A DNA stretch of 64,000 nucleotides. It comes from Octopus sinensis. Taxonomy: Eukaryota. Where the stretch lies: NCBI RefSeq assembly GCF_006345805.1, contig NC_043015.1, positions 29,884,001-29,948,000 on the forward strand. The letters run 5' to 3'. The notes under the pieces are model-generated. The model did no database searches. It worked only from the letters and a program-made list of their open reading frames with translations, and had not been told where the DNA came from. Shown piece after piece: positions 1 to 14,115 of the stretch (its first letter is position 1; every line of letters starts with the position of its first letter). Both the position numbers and the translations under genes were made by a program.

Positions 1-494
1 TTTATTGTTTTTGTGTAATTGGTTTATTTTTCTCACATAACCTTCAGTTTTCCCACCATATAATGTAAATAACTTTCTAAATCAAAGGCAATTTTTTTTC
101 TTTCTCTTTTTTACACGGTGGGAAAGACCGCAAAATAGATTTTACTTTATAATCATTGATAAAAACAATTTCGACCTTCTTGGCTCTGCTAGTGTGTGAG
201 ATAAAGGTACAGAAACTGAATGAAGCTAATATGCATGGGAACAGTGGGTGAGTTCAAATCCCACCAAAGTCAGTTTTGCTCTTCATTCTTTTAGGGTCAA
301 TAAAAAAAGAAAACCCATTTGAGACAGTAGGTTGGCAGAACTGTAAGGACGTTGGCCCAGATACTTTGCAATGGTATTTGGTCTGGTTCTTTGCACTCTG
401 AGTTTAAATTTGGTCATAGGAAATCTGTTTCAATAGACTCTGTCTGACCCATCCAAGCATGGAAAAGTAGACATTGAAATAAATGATGACACAC

Positions 495-561
<67 letters not shown>

Positions 562-739
562 GGCTTTTTTTTCAGTTTCCATCTACCAAATACACTCACA
601 TGACTTTGGTTAGCTTGGGGCTATAGCAGGAGGCCCAAGGTGCCTGCCTTGCAGTGAGACTGAACCTGGAGCCATGTAATGGAAGCAAGCTTCTTACCAC
701 TCAACTATATATATATATATATATATATATCTATATATA

Positions 740-1085
740 TAGATAAAAAATCGATGGAAATTGTAGTTGTGATGCCAGTGGCACGTAAAAAGATCCATCT
801 GAACGTGGCTGTTGCCAGCGGCGCCACGACTGGTCTCCGTGCCGGTGGCACGTAAAAAGCACCAACCAATCATGGCTGTTACCAGCCTCGCCTGGCACCT
901 GTGCTGGTGGCATGTAAAAAGCACCCACTACACTCACGGGGTGGTTGGCGTTAGGAAGGGCATCCAGCCATAGAAACACTGCCAGATCAGACTGGAGCCT
1001 AGTGCAGCCTTCTGGCTTCCCAGACCCCAATTGAACCGTCCAACCCATGCTAGCATGGAGAACGGACGTTAAACGATGATGATAT
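740..1085 (+). mobile_element. RTE LINE 3'-UTR-type repeat (family B), 5'-truncated
   Basis: Internal gtggcacgtaaaaagcacc repeats, ggttggcgttaggaagggcatccagc block and an end in ccatgctagcatgg...cgttaaacgatgatgat; the same sequence directly follows an RTE ORF2 stop at 16922. Confidence 0.8.
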
Positions 1086-1249
1086 ATGTATATAAACAGA
1101 CATTGGTTATAGTTTTTTTAAACTTCCAATTAATAATAGAGCATTCACAGTAATTAAATAGTTTAGTGGGTTCATTTAATGTGAGCAGAATGAAAAAGAA
1201 AAGAGAGGAAACACAGACTTTTGTATGTCACATGAACAACCAAACAAAA

Positions 1250-1845
1250 AAATTCTGTCCCTCTGAAGCAGTGAAGCACCCTCAATGTGCTCTACTGGAT
1301 GACAATCACAGGGTGCAAGATGGGTGAGGTAGCTTTTCAAACCTACATTCCCAATGACATCTCTGACACTGAAGCCATGTAAACTGGTGTATTGTTATGA
1401 AGAAGTGGGACACATGCACTCAACATTCCACATGCTTTGTCTTGGTTCAGTCTCACTGATGACATGGCAAACAGGCATAATAGGCAGCTGTGGTTGTTCC
1501 CCTGTGCGATATATGTAGTCAATTAACAGCGCAACTTGGGAGTTATAGAAGGTTGTACACATCAGCTTGCTTGCACTGAGTTGAACTTTGAATTTCTTTG
1601 GTATCAGAGAGTCCTTGTGCTTCTACTAGCTGGATTGTCCTTTTGTATTGGGGGTTATACTGATGGATCTACATCCCATTTCTGGTTATTATTGCCAGTT
1701 GAACAGATCTCCGGTTCCATGCTTGAGATGGTGCTTTTTCTCTCGCATACTGATTGCAATCTGCTGTCTTTTATTTCCAGAGTCAGCATTCTTGGCTCTC
1801 CCAATTTGCAAACACTTTTGACAGGCTCAAATATTCATAAATGAT
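1250..1845 (-). pseudogene. Fossil Tc1/mariner (mariner-type) transposase, frameshifted with stops
   Basis: Pieced minus-strand translation gives KVFANW..PRMLTLEIKD (WVPxxL motif), IHQYNP.NTKGQS..KHKDSLIPKKFKVQLSASKLMCTTFYNSQVALLIDY, LLHNNTPV (HDNA-like) and EKLPHP..LAPCD (YSPDLAP-like). Confidence 0.8.
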
Positions 1846-1896
1846 TTAATTATTCATTTGTCAGTCTCCCTTTATGAGACACTCAACATCGTCGTC

Positions 1897-2110
1897 ATCA
1901 TCATCATCATTTAACATCCATTTCCCATGCTAGCATGGGTTGGACGGTCTTGACTGAAGGCTGGCGAACCAGGAGGCTGCATCAGGCTCCAGTCTTGATC
2001 TGGCAGAGTTTCTACAGCTGGATGCTCTTTCTAACGCCAACCCCTCCGAGAGTGTAGTTGGTGCTTTTTACGTGCCACCTGCACGGGGGCCAGTCAGGTG
2101 GTACTGGTAC
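1897..2110 (-). mobile_element. Family B (RTE 3'-UTR) copy
   Basis: Reverse complement of the family B end: catcatcatttaacatcc...gctagcatgggttggacgg...ggatgctctttctaacgccaac. Confidence 0.75.
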
Positions 2111-2669
2111 TGGTAATGACAAATATATAAAAATCTCAGTGCTTGTATATGTGTATATATATGTGTGTGTGTGTGTGTGTAATCCATGCTTCTCAGACTT
2201 ATGCAATTGGATGGTATTCATAGTGTTTGGTGTGATGGTGATTGTAGCAGTGGTCATGATGGTATTCCTGATAATGGCGGTGATGGTTGATGTTTAAAGT
2301 TAATGGTAGTGGTGATTAATAATGGTGCTGGTGTTTCATGGTGGTGGTCATGGTGATGATGATGGTTGTGGTGGTAGTAGTGATGATGATGATGATGAAG
2401 TGTTGTTGTCATTGGATGAGTCAATCAATGACAAATGGATTTCCGTTATTTTTCTTCGTTTCTGCTTTTTGAGAAACAGGAAAGAAAGAACAGAAGATAC
2501 AGACCTTCCTCCTCACACACACACACACACTCACTCATGCATTTACACTCACCTACACACCTACATACACACACACCTTCACCTATACGCATGAATCAAT
2601 ATTTATCTCTAGGTTTAAGATTTCATAGTTTCTTTTGTCTTGTCATAGCATCTGATATATATATATGTA

Positions 2670-2712
<43 letters not shown>

Positions 2713-2867
2713 TTGTGTAAACAATTCTACACACATTATATATATATGTTGTTTAAACAGCTTTGCCTGTGTTTAAACAACTCCATATATTGTTCGTTAA
2801 ACAGTTTCACACACTATATACATATGTACACACACACCTATATATCTATATAATCAATTTTCTAGAG

Positions 2868-2925
<58 letters not shown>

Positions 2926-4070
2926 CATGAAGCTGTTTAAACAAAGATGAAATTTACACATACACACACATTTTGCAAATCTATTTATAATACATACATA
3001 GGCTCACATGTATATGTGCATATGCATGTATGTGTGTGTGTGTGTATATATATGTGTGTGTGTGTTGTAAGAGATGATTACAAGATTACATTACATGCAA
3101 TCTTCAGCTTCAAATATATGGCTCTCTACTGGGCATTGAACCTCTTTCGTTTCACACTTGTATTACATTTGTGTATATGTGTTTTTGTAGGCAAATATAT
3201 ATATTTTTATTTTTGTTCAAAACATACACACATTAAATATCATTTGTTTAAACACCTTTATTCATATTAAATTAGTGCTAAAATACAATCTTCATCATGG
3301 TTGAAGTTTGTGTGTCTGATACAGTATCAAAACAGCAGACATGAAAGGGCATTATTAGATTATTATGATAATGATGATAATGATTTAAGAGTTATTAATA
3401 TATTTAGCTGTGGCGGCTCCTTCTTTCTCACTGAGCTTCAAGTTTTAGGTTTTAGATCTCAAATTGTTTGGATATCACTGATGTAATGACATATGGTAGA
3501 ATAATGTGATAATTAGCCATACTACATATCTATCCAACCCATGTCTCTCATGCCAACATGGAAAAACTAAGCATTACAACTACAAAAGCATTGAAGATGA
3601 TGATGATGATGATGATAATCAGCTTGACATTTCATGTTGGCATGGGTTTGCTAGGTTATTAAATATTCATATTTGCACACAATTGTTGGAGCTAGTGATT
3701 TTCACAGCAGCAGTTCAATGTTTTCATTACTTCCTGGCTCTAACCCACCTAACTAACTATGAAGCAAGCGAGGATATTGTTTCGTTAGTCCCCCGTCAAT
3801 CAAACCCTTTATAATCACATGGCTGTCTGCTGCCTGACTGTGTAATAATGTTGAAGAGATTAATGTGTTATTTTATATAAAAAAAATTTTTTTTTTAATT
3901 AAAAAAAAAAAGCAATATGGTTTAATATAATACTTCTTAGCAATCCAACCCATGTGAGCACAGTAAAAGTGGACATTAGAATGATGTTGATGATTGATGA
4001 ATGACATCTTAGTTTCAATAATTTCAAATAAATTATATCATAACAATAATCCTATACTAATACTATAGGC

Positions 4071-5140
4071 ACAAAGCCTGAAATTTTTTCAGGGTGGGGC
4101 ACTAGTCAATTACATCACCACCACCCCCAAAGTGTTTCACTGGTACTTAATTTATCAACCCTCAAAGGATAAAAGGCAAAGTCAACCTTGGTGGAATTTG
4201 AACTCAGAACATAACGGCAGGCAAAATACCTATTTCTTTACTACCCACAAGGGGCTAAACACAGAGGGGACAAACAAGGACAGACAAACAGGTTAAGGAT
4301 GAAAGGCAAAGTCGACTTCGGCGGAATTTGAACTCAGAACATAACGGCAGGCAAAATACCTATTTCTTTACTACCCACAAGGGGCTAAACACAGAGGGGA
4401 CAACAAGGACAGACATAGGTATAATTCGATTACATTGACCCCAGTGCGTACTGGTACTTAATTTATCGACCCCGAAAGGATGAAGGTAAAGACGACCTCG
4501 GCGGAATTTGAACTCAGAACATAACGGCAATCGAAATACCTATTTCTTAATTACCCACAAGGGGCTAACATAGAGGGGACAAACAAGGACAGACATAGGT
4601 ATTAAGTCGATTACATTGACCCCAGTGCGTAACTGGTACTTAATTTATCGACCCCCGAAAGGATGAAAGGTAAAGTCGACCTCGGCGGAATTTGAACTCA
4701 GAACGTAACGGCAGACGAAATACCTATTTCTTTATTACCCACAAGGGGCTAAACATAGAGGGGACAAACAAGGACAGACATAGGTATTAAGTCGATTACA
4801 TTGACCCCAGTGCGTAACTGGTACTTAATTTATCGACCCCCGAAAGGATGAAAGGTAAAGTCGACCTCGGCGGAATTTGAACTCAGAACGTAACGGCAGA
4901 CGAAATACCTATTTCTTTATTACCCACAGGGCTAAACATAGAGGGGACAAACAAGGACAGACATAGTATTAAGTCGATTACATTGACCCCAGTGCGTAAC
5001 TGGTACTTAATTTATCGACCCCCGAAAGGATGAAAGTAAAGTCGACCTCGGCGGAATTTGAACTCAGAACGTAACGGCAGACGAAATACCACTAAGCATT
5101 TCGTCCACCATGCTAACAATTCTGCCAGCTTGCCACCTTA
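4071..5140 (-). repeat. Head-to-tail concatemer of SINE family C (about 6 units of about 180 bp), single head at the right end
   Basis: ggaatttgaactcagaac recurs near 4193, 4323, 4503, 4687, 4872 and 5053; only the last unit continues into the SINE head (gctaacaattctgccagct). Confidence 0.9.
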
Positions 5141-6073
5141 ATATAATAATAATAATGATTTCAAATTTTGGCAAAAGGTCAGCAATTTGCGGGTGAGTCA
5201 ATTACAGCAGCCCCTGTGTGCAACTTAGTACTTTTATGTCCCCAACCTCAAAAGAATTAAAAGGCACAGCTGACCTCAGTGGAATTTGAATATATAGACA
5301 GACAAAAAATTGCTTAGCAGTGTTTCATCCGGTATGCCAACAATTCTGCCAGCTCACCACCTTAATCATCACCACCATAAGAAACCTCTCTATTGTAACA
5401 CTTTTTTTTTTTGGGGTGGGGGGGGTTGAGAGATCAGGTTATCCGTGTTGGTTTCATCTTCAAAATGATCTCATCTTTTAGGGAGAGAGAGACAGAGGAT
5501 TGCTACAATGACTGATCATGCCTCTTTCTCTCACTTTTCTCTCTCACCACTCTCTCTCTGTCCCTCTGTATCTCCCTCTCTCTTTTCCCTCTCTCCTTTC
5601 TCCCCCTCTTCCCTGCTCTCCCTCTCTCTTCCTCTCTCTCCCCTCCCCCTTTCCCCCTCTCTCATTGGCTGATTAATAACTCAATCAAGGATGCTGTATT
5701 GGTCATCATTATGAAACATTTCAACAAAAATATTATAAATTAAAGGTCAATATTTTCAAGTGGATGATCCAATAAAATCATAATCTCCAAATCTTATGAC
5801 TCAGTCATTGGAGTGTGGCCATACTGGGATATATATAACCTTGTGAGTGGTAAATGGAAACTGAAAGAAGCCTATCGTGTGTGTGCTTTTGTGTCTGTTT
5901 GTTTCCCACAACTGCTTGACAACCGGTGTCAGGTTGCTTACATCCTCGTAACTTAGTGGTTCAGCAAAAGTGATCGATAGAATAAATATCAGGCTTTAAA
6001 AAAAAGTATTGAGGTTGATTCATTTGACTAAAAACTCTCCAAGGGAGTGCCCCAGCATGCCTACAGTCTAATG

Positions 6074-6292
6074 CAGTGGTTTTCAACCAGGATTCCTCGG
6101 AACCTTAGGGTTCCGCCAGTACAGTCCAGGGGTGCCACAAGAAGTTACAAAACTGCTAAAATCGGCAGTAATTTTTAATTCTCCTGTGCAGATATGTGTG
6201 CATAAGACTATTAAATTATTGCACAGGGGTTCCTCGAGCCAGTGGAATGTTTCCTTGGGGTTCCGCTCCAGCAAAAAGTTTGAAAAGCACTG
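6074..6292. mobile_element. hAT-type MITE (219 bp) inserted in the tail of a family A SINE
   Basis: TIRs cagtggttttcaa / ttgaaaagcactg (12/13); perfect 8-bp TSD gtctaatg at 6066-6073 and 6293-6300. Confidence 0.92.
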
Positions 6293-6550
6293 GTCTAATG
6301 ACTAAAACAATAAAAGAAGTGAAAATGGGGTTTTTCAGGGCCAACACCATTATTGAGAAAAAAGCAAAGTTAGTTACAGAAGCATTGAGGATAATCCAAA
6401 ACTAACAAGGCCTAAGAGGAGAGGAAGGCCCTTATCATTGTCATCATCATCATCATTTAATGTCTGCTTTTCATGCTGACATGGATTGAATGGTTTGGCA
6501 TGGTTTCTATAGATGGATGCCCTTCCTAGTGCTAACCATTTTACACAATG

Positions 6551-6950
6551 TACTCTTTTACTTGTTTCAGTCATTTGACTGCGGCCATGCTGGAGCACCG
6601 CCTTTAATCAAACAACTCGACCCCGGGACTTATTCTTTTGTAAGCCCAGTACTTATTCTATCGGTCTCTTTTGCCGAATCGCTAAGTAACGGGGACATAA
6701 ACAAGCGATGCTAGGGGTGAATTTGTCAAGCGATGCCAGGGGACAAACACAAACACACACACGCATATATATATATATATACACCACACACATATATACG
6801 ACGGGCTTCTTTCAGTTTCCGTCTACCAAATCCACTCACAAGGCTTTGGTCGGCCCGAGGCTATAGTAGAAGACACTTGCTCAAGGTGCCACGCAGTGGG
6901 ACTGAACCCGGAACCATGTGGTTGGTAGACAAGCTACTTACCACACAGAC
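6551..6950 (-). mobile_element. tRNA-derived SINE family A, near full length
   Basis: Reverse complement of head gtgtggtaagtagcttg...ggttccgggttcagtcccactgcgtggcac (A/B box), central gtgagtggatttggtagacggaaactgaaagaagcc, internal (TA/TG)n and tail ccagcatggccgcagtcaaatgactgaaacaagtaaaagagta. Confidence 0.9.
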
Positions 6951-7829
6951 GAGTGCTTTTTTATATAGCAGCTGGACATAAAAAGACAGTTCTAGGTAGA
7001 GAACAGGGGAAAAAAAAAGGTCTGCACTGATCCAGAAGGAGCGAAGGGCTTAAGCAACGAAAAGAAAACATCCAACACATGTCAGCACTGAAAAGTGAGT
7101 GTAAAACAACATGCGCATAAACTCACACATGCATGCACGCACGCATGCATATTCACGTGCACAGAATGTAATTATGAGGGAAATAACTGCACTTGCTTTA
7201 TCGAGATTAGTAAATCTCTCTATAAACCAGCTCTCCAATGTGAAGGGGGTTGGTTGCTAATTGTCCGTTTGGGAATCTCCACTTGCAGCCACCCCTTCCT
7301 CCTTGCTCCTGCGCATCACAGGCAGCGTATTTCTAACCATCCAGTTCCCGTATCCCTCATTTCTCAAGCACACCCTCCCCGTCTCTCGTTAATACACGAT
7401 TGCTGCTGGTTTTATTCTACATAACATTTTCATTAACACTCGTTAATAGTGTGTGTACACGTGCATGTGTTCTTGTGCACCTGTATGTGCTTGAGCACAT
7501 GTGAGTGCATCCATGTAGGCATGTGCGTGGTCTGCACATGCACATACGTGTACATATGTGTATTCATGTACATATGTATATATCTATGTGGATTTCGTTT
7601 TTACTTATCTTTCACTCTACCTGTGTGTTTTACAATCTTTCAAAATCATTAATCATTTCCACACATCCACACTCTCGCACACCTACACATTCTCATTCGC
7701 ACTCACACGCACAGATTTTCACCTTTATAAAAGCTGAAGATACGTGTGTGTTGATGTGTGTGTATATATATATATATATTATATATATACACATATATAT
7801 ACACACATATAAACTGCAACTATTGTAAT

Positions 7830-8178
7830 GATCCATCTGTGTGGTGTATATATGTGTATATATTCGTGTGTGTGTGTGTAATATATATATATGTGTGTGT
7901 GTATGTATATATATGTGTGTTGGTGTGTATGTATGTATGTATGTATGTATATATATATTTGTATGTATATATGTATGTATGTAGTATATATATATGTATG
8001 TTATGTAATATATATAAATAATGTATATATATATAGTATGTATATATATATATGTATGTATATATAGATATAGGTATGTATATATATATATGTCTGTATA
8101 TATATATATGTATGTATATATATATATGTATGTATATATATATATGTATGTATATATATATAATGTATGTATATATAC

Positions 8179-8211
<33 letters not shown>

Positions 8212-8353
8212 TGTATATACATATGTATGTATGTATGTATATATGTATGTATGTATATACATATGTATGTATGTATGTATGTATATACGTATGTATGTAT
8301 GTATGTATATGTATGTATGTATGTATATACATATGTATGTATGTATGTATATG

Positions 8354-8392
<39 letters not shown>

Positions 8393-8545
8393 GTATGTAT
8401 ATATATGTATGTATGTATGTATATATATGTATGTATGTATGTATGTATATGTATGTATGTATGTATGTATATATATGTATGTATGTATATATATATGTAT
8501 GTATGTATGTATATGTATGTATATATATGTATGTATATTTGTAGA
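7830..8545. repeat. Compound (TATG)n/(TA)n microsatellite
   Basis: Visible low-complexity array; source of the spurious MYVC/YIHT ORFs. Confidence 0.95.
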
Positions 8546-9149
8546 TTTATGTGATGTATGTGTGTGAGGTGCTTCGGGTTTTCATTTAGAAGCTGAGGGT
8601 ATGCTGTAATAATGTATGAATCTGTTGTATTCTCCCCCCCACACCCCGCCTTCCACCATCCACCCCAACACTCTCTCTCTCTCTTTCGTTATCTGTGTCT
8701 GCTTCTTTCTTTCTTTCATTCATTCATTCATGTAAAAATCTCTTATCTCATTACCAAAAAAAAAAAAAAAAAAAGAAATTTTTACCTCCACACCTCCAAA
8801 CTATCACACACTACAAACACACACACACACACGCAATGCACTGTGCAGCCCTGCCTCTCCTCCCCCCGTCTTTGCACTATCTCCCCCCCCCCCTCCATAG
8901 TAGATATATTTACTTAGCAGTGTGTAAGTAAAAAATTTAGATTCTCTCTTATTTTATATATTAAATTAAAGCTTTATTACACTACTTATTGTTATTGAGT
9001 CTCTTTCCCCTCTTCCTCTCTTTGTTGCCGGAGTTCCTTCTAAATGGAAACTTGCCATTTTTATAGACGGAACTCTATCCCCCCCTCCCATTTCTCTCTC
9101 TTTCCCCCCCTACTTAAATTTCTGCTGCTATCCAATTTTCTAGTGTTAT

Positions 9150-9435
9150 TGGCTGGTGGTTGTTGTTGTTGGTAGTGGTGGTGAAATGTTTATTTTTTTT
9201 GTATAGTGATGGTGGTTGTGTTTTTGATAGTAGTGATAGTGGCAGTCAGTGGTTGCATTCATAATGATAGTAGTGACAGTGGTTTGTGGTTGTGTTTAGG
9301 GTGGTGGTGGTGGTGACGGTAGTTGCGTTGATGATAGATTGTTTTGATTGCAGTAGTGGTGGTGATGGAGTTAATGGTAGCGGGGTTTGTTTGTGATGAT
9401 GGTGAAGTAAATGGTAGTGGTTTCTGGTGGTGGTA

Positions 9436-9494
<59 letters not shown>

Positions 9495-9625
9495 TGTGAT
9501 GGAGTTAATGGTAGCGGTTTGTTTGTGATGATAGTGGTGATGATGGTGAAGTAAATGGTAGTGGTTTCTGTTGGTGGTAGTGTTGGTAGTAGTAGTAGTT
9601 GTAGTATAAATGGTAGTGGTTCTAT
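9150..9625. repeat. (GGT)n/(TAG)n-rich low-complexity region with an internal duplication of about 100 bp
   Basis: gtgatggagttaatggtagcgg..tttgtttgtgatga..tggtgaagtaaatggtagtggtttctg occurs twice (about 9360 and about 9496). Confidence 0.85.
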
Positions 9626-10071
9626 TCATCTGTACTAGTGGTTTTTTTCTTTTTTTTTCTTTTTCTGTTCTTGTCTCTTGTTGATGGAACCAGAAAAAAA
9701 AATTAAATTAATAAAATCAGAGACGGAAAAGAATGAATGGAGAATTATGTTTCTCTTCTTTTTTTTTATTTACTAAAAAAGACATATTTAAAAAAAAAAA
9801 ATGTCTGTCTTTTCTTTGGTCTATTGGAATATCTTTACCCCCCCCTCTCTCCCTACCCAGCCCCACCCCCTCCTGTGTTAGTAAAGCAGACAAATGTGAT
9901 TTAGATGTTTTGGTAGCCAGATCTTTTCAACTGGTTCATAGCCTCAGTCACACACACTTAACTAAATTAACAGAGGATTGAACCACTAACCATTGACTTC
10001 CATCAACCCGATTTCATTCTATCTACAAAGCACTTCCTATTTGCCGTAGTCTACCCCACTCTCTCTATTTA

Positions 10072-10142
<71 letters not shown>

Positions 10143-10496
10143 TATATATATTATGTATGTGTGTGTGTGTGTGTTTGCATGTATATGTATGTATGTGTGT
10201 GTGTGTGTTTGCATGTATATGTATGTATGTGTGTGTGTGTTTGCATATATATGTATATATACACACACACACACATGCTTCTTCCTCTTGCACTCATTGT
10301 CTCCCCCCCCCTATTTTGTCTGCCTTTCTCTTTGTTTCTGTTCTTTCAACCTTTCATCTCACTCTCTTTGTCTCTCTCTCCCTCCCTTTATATCTGTCTT
10401 CCTCCCCCTCTATATTTCTCATTTGCTTCTCTTTCATTCTTCATCTCTTTCTCCTTCTATCTTCCATTTTCCTCCTTACTTTATCTTAAGGGTTTC

Positions 10497-10925
10497 TTTT
10501 TTTTACTTGTTTCAGTCATTTGACTGCGGCCATGCTGGAGCACTGCCTTTAGTCGAGCAAATCGACCTCCAGGACTTAGTCTTTGTAAGCCTAGTACTTA
10601 TTCTATCGCTCTCTTTTGCCGAACCACTAAGTGACGGGGACGTAAACACACCACCATCGGTTGTTAAGCAATGTTAGGGGGACAAACACAAACATATACG
10701 CATATGTGTGTGTGTGTGTGTATATATATATGTGTGTGTGTGTATATATATACAAACACACACACACGATGGGCTTCTCCCAGTTTCTGTCTACCAAATC
10801 CACTCTCAAGGCTTTGGTCTGCCCGAAGCTATAGTAGAAGACACTCACCCAAGGTGCCACGCAGTGGGAATGAACTCGGAACCATGTGGTTGGTAAGCAA
10901 GCTGCTTACCACACAGCCACTCGTG
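10497..10925 (-). mobile_element. SINE family A, full length
   Basis: Same head, core and tail blocks as 6551-6950. Confidence 0.9.
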
Positions 10926-11189
10926 TGCCTATAGCAAAGTTTTTAAAGTTTACTGTTTCTGTTTCACTGTTGTTTGGCCCCAGATCAGCATTTATAGAAA
11001 TCCTTCCAGTTCCAGCATAATTCACCCAAGACCTTTTCCACCATTGTTCACCCAGGACCTTGTAATGCAATGTCTCTCTCTCTCTCTCACACACACATTC
11101 ATGTATATCTGTATATACATGTGCAAGTATATTTGTATATGTGTATGCATGTTTTATATGCATGTGTGTGTGTATGTGTATATACAGGC

Positions 11190-11520
11190 AAATCATCATA
11201 ATCGTTTAATGTCTGCTTTCCATGCTAGCATGGGTTGGACAGTTTGACCGGGGTCTGGGAAGCCAGGAGGCTGCACCAAGCCCAGTCTGATCTGGCAGTG
11301 TTTCTACAGCTGGATGCCCTTCCTAACGCCAACCACTCCGTGAGTGTAGTGGGTGCTTTTTACGTGCCAGGCAAGGCTGGCAACGGCCACGATTGGTTGG
11401 TGCTTTTTACGTGCCACTGGCACAGAGGCTAGTCGAGGCAACGCTGGCAATGGACATGTTCAGATGGTTCTTTTACGTGGCACTGGTATCACAACTACAA
11501 TTTCCATTGATTTTTGATCG
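11190..11520 (-). mobile_element. Family B (RTE 3'-UTR) copy
   Basis: Near-identical reverse complement of 740-1085. Confidence 0.85.
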
Positions 11521-11759
11521 AAATATGTGTGTATAAAAATGCATTTGTATGTGAATATATACATCTGTGTGTGTGTGTATATGATGGGCTTCTTCCAGTT
11601 TCTGTCCACCAAATTTTACTCACCCAATATCGGTCAACCAACAACTGTAATAGAGAACACCAGTCAACAGCATCCAAGAAGTAGGAGAGAGCTTAACACC
11701 ATGTTGTTCTAAAGTTGGCATCTTAGCCACACAACCACACTATTAGTTTACTCTCTGAG

Positions 11760-12140
11760 AGTACCAGTAGCCAAGTGCTTAAGGTACTAATGAAATGACC
11801 AAGAGGTTAGCAATTCATATCCTATCGTTGGCAATGTATGGTGATTGGTGGCCAAAGCACAGAGCCATCAACGACCGGTTTGATTTCTTTTAAGTAGTGA
11901 CCACAGGGCAGTATGATTTATCAAAGGAAGCAATGCCGACAGCATTGTACGATTGAGGAGTGTTTCTTCAGCTTGCATTGCTGGGTTCCTGCCAGCCAAG
12001 TCATGGGAACTGACCCATGAGGAGGTGAACTGCGGGCATCCTTCCAAAACTCTGGTCAGTACTCTAGAGGGCAGTGGTGCTACAAACTGTTGATGAAATT
12101 AGAATACTCAGGATAGAGAGGAATATGGTGCAAATTTGTT
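11760..12140 (+). pseudogene. Decayed RTE-clade ORF2 C-terminal fragment
   Basis: Pieced translation (HC..., VPASQ..., LQTVDEIRIL..ER) resembles the RTE C-terminal GHC..PAS.LLLW.P.HG.R.RGRP region; ends near (GAT)n. Weak. Confidence 0.45.
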
Positions 12141-13014
12141 CTTATATCCAAGTGAAAGTTGTAGTTGATGATGATGATGATGATGATGCTCTGTTCATCG
12201 GGATAGGAAAAAGTTACTCAAATAGAACAGTGTATTATCCAGTGGAATCTTTTTTTTTTTTTTTTGCTTATTTCAGTTATTGGACTGTGGCCATGCTGGA
12301 GCGCCACCTTGAAGGGTTTTATCCAAACAACTTAATCCTAGTACTTATTTTTTTCAAGTTTGTAACTTACTCTATCGATATCTTTTGCCAATCAGCTAAG
12401 TTACAGAGATGTAAACAAACTAACACTGGTTCTCAAGTGATGGTGATGGGGTGGGTGGGTTTGACGAACACAGACATAAAAATTCCAGCAGGCTTCCACA
12501 CAGTTTCCGCCTACCAAAACCACTTACAAGATATTGGTTGACTCAGGTCTATAGTATAAGACGTGCCCAGGGTGCCTTACGGTGAGACTGTACCTGAAAC
12601 TCTGTGATTACAAAGCAAACCTCTTAGAAACCTGAGGTTGTTGCCTGCATAGATATAGAAACGGATTATCTTGCAGCACTTTATTTGAAGAGTATTTCGT
12701 GTTGTTGCTACAGATAAAATCTATAAGCTGCACTCGTGTTTGTTTTTGTATTATGCAAACAAAGGCAATATGTCACACTCGACTGAGGAAACTAAATCTA
12801 AGTTGTGAATCTTGTTCAATGAAACTGTGTGTGTGTGTGTGTGGATTGATGTATGTTTATATTTGTGTGTGTGTGTGGTGTGTGTTGATGCATGTGTATG
12901 CTAATGTGCAAGTATGGATTGCTGTTTTGTGTACATTTGTTCCTGTGTGTTTATATGTATGTGTGAATCTGAATGTGTGTGTGTGTGATGTAGATAAAAA
13001 TTTACTAAGTTATT

Positions 13015-13345
13015 GTTGAATGGAAATTGCAGCTGTGATACCAGTGCTGGTGGTACGTAAGAGAACCATCCGAATGTGGCCGTTGCCAGCGCCGCCCCGA
13101 CTGGCCTCGTGCCGGTGGCACATAAAAAGCACCATCCGATCGTGGCCGTTTGCCAGCCTCGTCTGGCACGTAAAAAGCACCCTCTACACTCTCGGAGTGG
13201 TTGGCGTTAGGAAGGGCATCCAGCCGTAGAAACATTGCCAGATCAGACTGGGCCTGGTGCAGCCTTTTGGCTTCCCAGACCCCAGTTGAACCGTCCAACC
13301 CATGCTAGCATGGAAAGCAGACGTTAAACGATGATGATGATGATT
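13015..13345 (+). mobile_element. Family B (RTE 3'-UTR) copy
   Basis: Same blocks as 740-1085, ending in gatgatgatgat. Confidence 0.85.
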
Positions 13346-13566
13346 GTTGAAGTGAGTATAACTGTCATGGATAGGCAGCCAATCTCTGTAGTGTTTAGCC
13401 TTGATTTGAGCTCAGTTCCCACCAAGGTCAGCAAAATAAATGCCAAGCCAGTGTATTTAGGGGTCAAATATATTGACTACTCTGTTCCCAACTCCCAATT
13501 TCATAGCCTTCTACCTATCTTGGAAATCATCATGATTATTGTTAATGGTAGAGTAGCAAAAACTGG

Positions 13567-13672
13567 GACAACAAAATTTAGTTCGATCAAGTTCACAAAA
13601 TGGAACAGCAAAATTTAGTTCAGTCAAGTTCACAAAATGGAACATCAAAATTTATTTCAGTAGAATTCACAA
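13567..13672. repeat. 37-bp tandem repeat, about 3 copies
   Basis: Unit acaaaatggaacagcaaaatttagttcagtcaagttc. Confidence 0.8.
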
Positions 13673-13884
13673 AACGGTACCGTCATTTGAATAACTTCAC
13701 ACATTTTATGATTACTTTCCAGCTCCGTCCCCACCGCCTTGTTTCAAACAACATTTCATATCTAATGTTGTACATATATACCCATACACATACACACGTG
13801 CAATCACCCAGCTCCACCACTGCCACACACACACTTGTGTGTTGTATAATAACAAAAGCAAATTTCGAGTAAAAATGTTGGTGA

Positions 13885-14115
<231 letters not shown>

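Noticed and set aside
4071-5140. Repeat array resembling CRISPR or a tRNA cluster
   Set aside because: Eukaryotic context; units are near-identical SINE bodies without unique spacers, with no cloverleaf and no cas genes.
7693-8567. Long ORFs (up to 189 aa here, 473 aa at 22594-24015, others at 38518-39824)
   Set aside because: Translations of (TA)/(TATG)/(CA)/(TCTG) microsatellites with no coding complexity.
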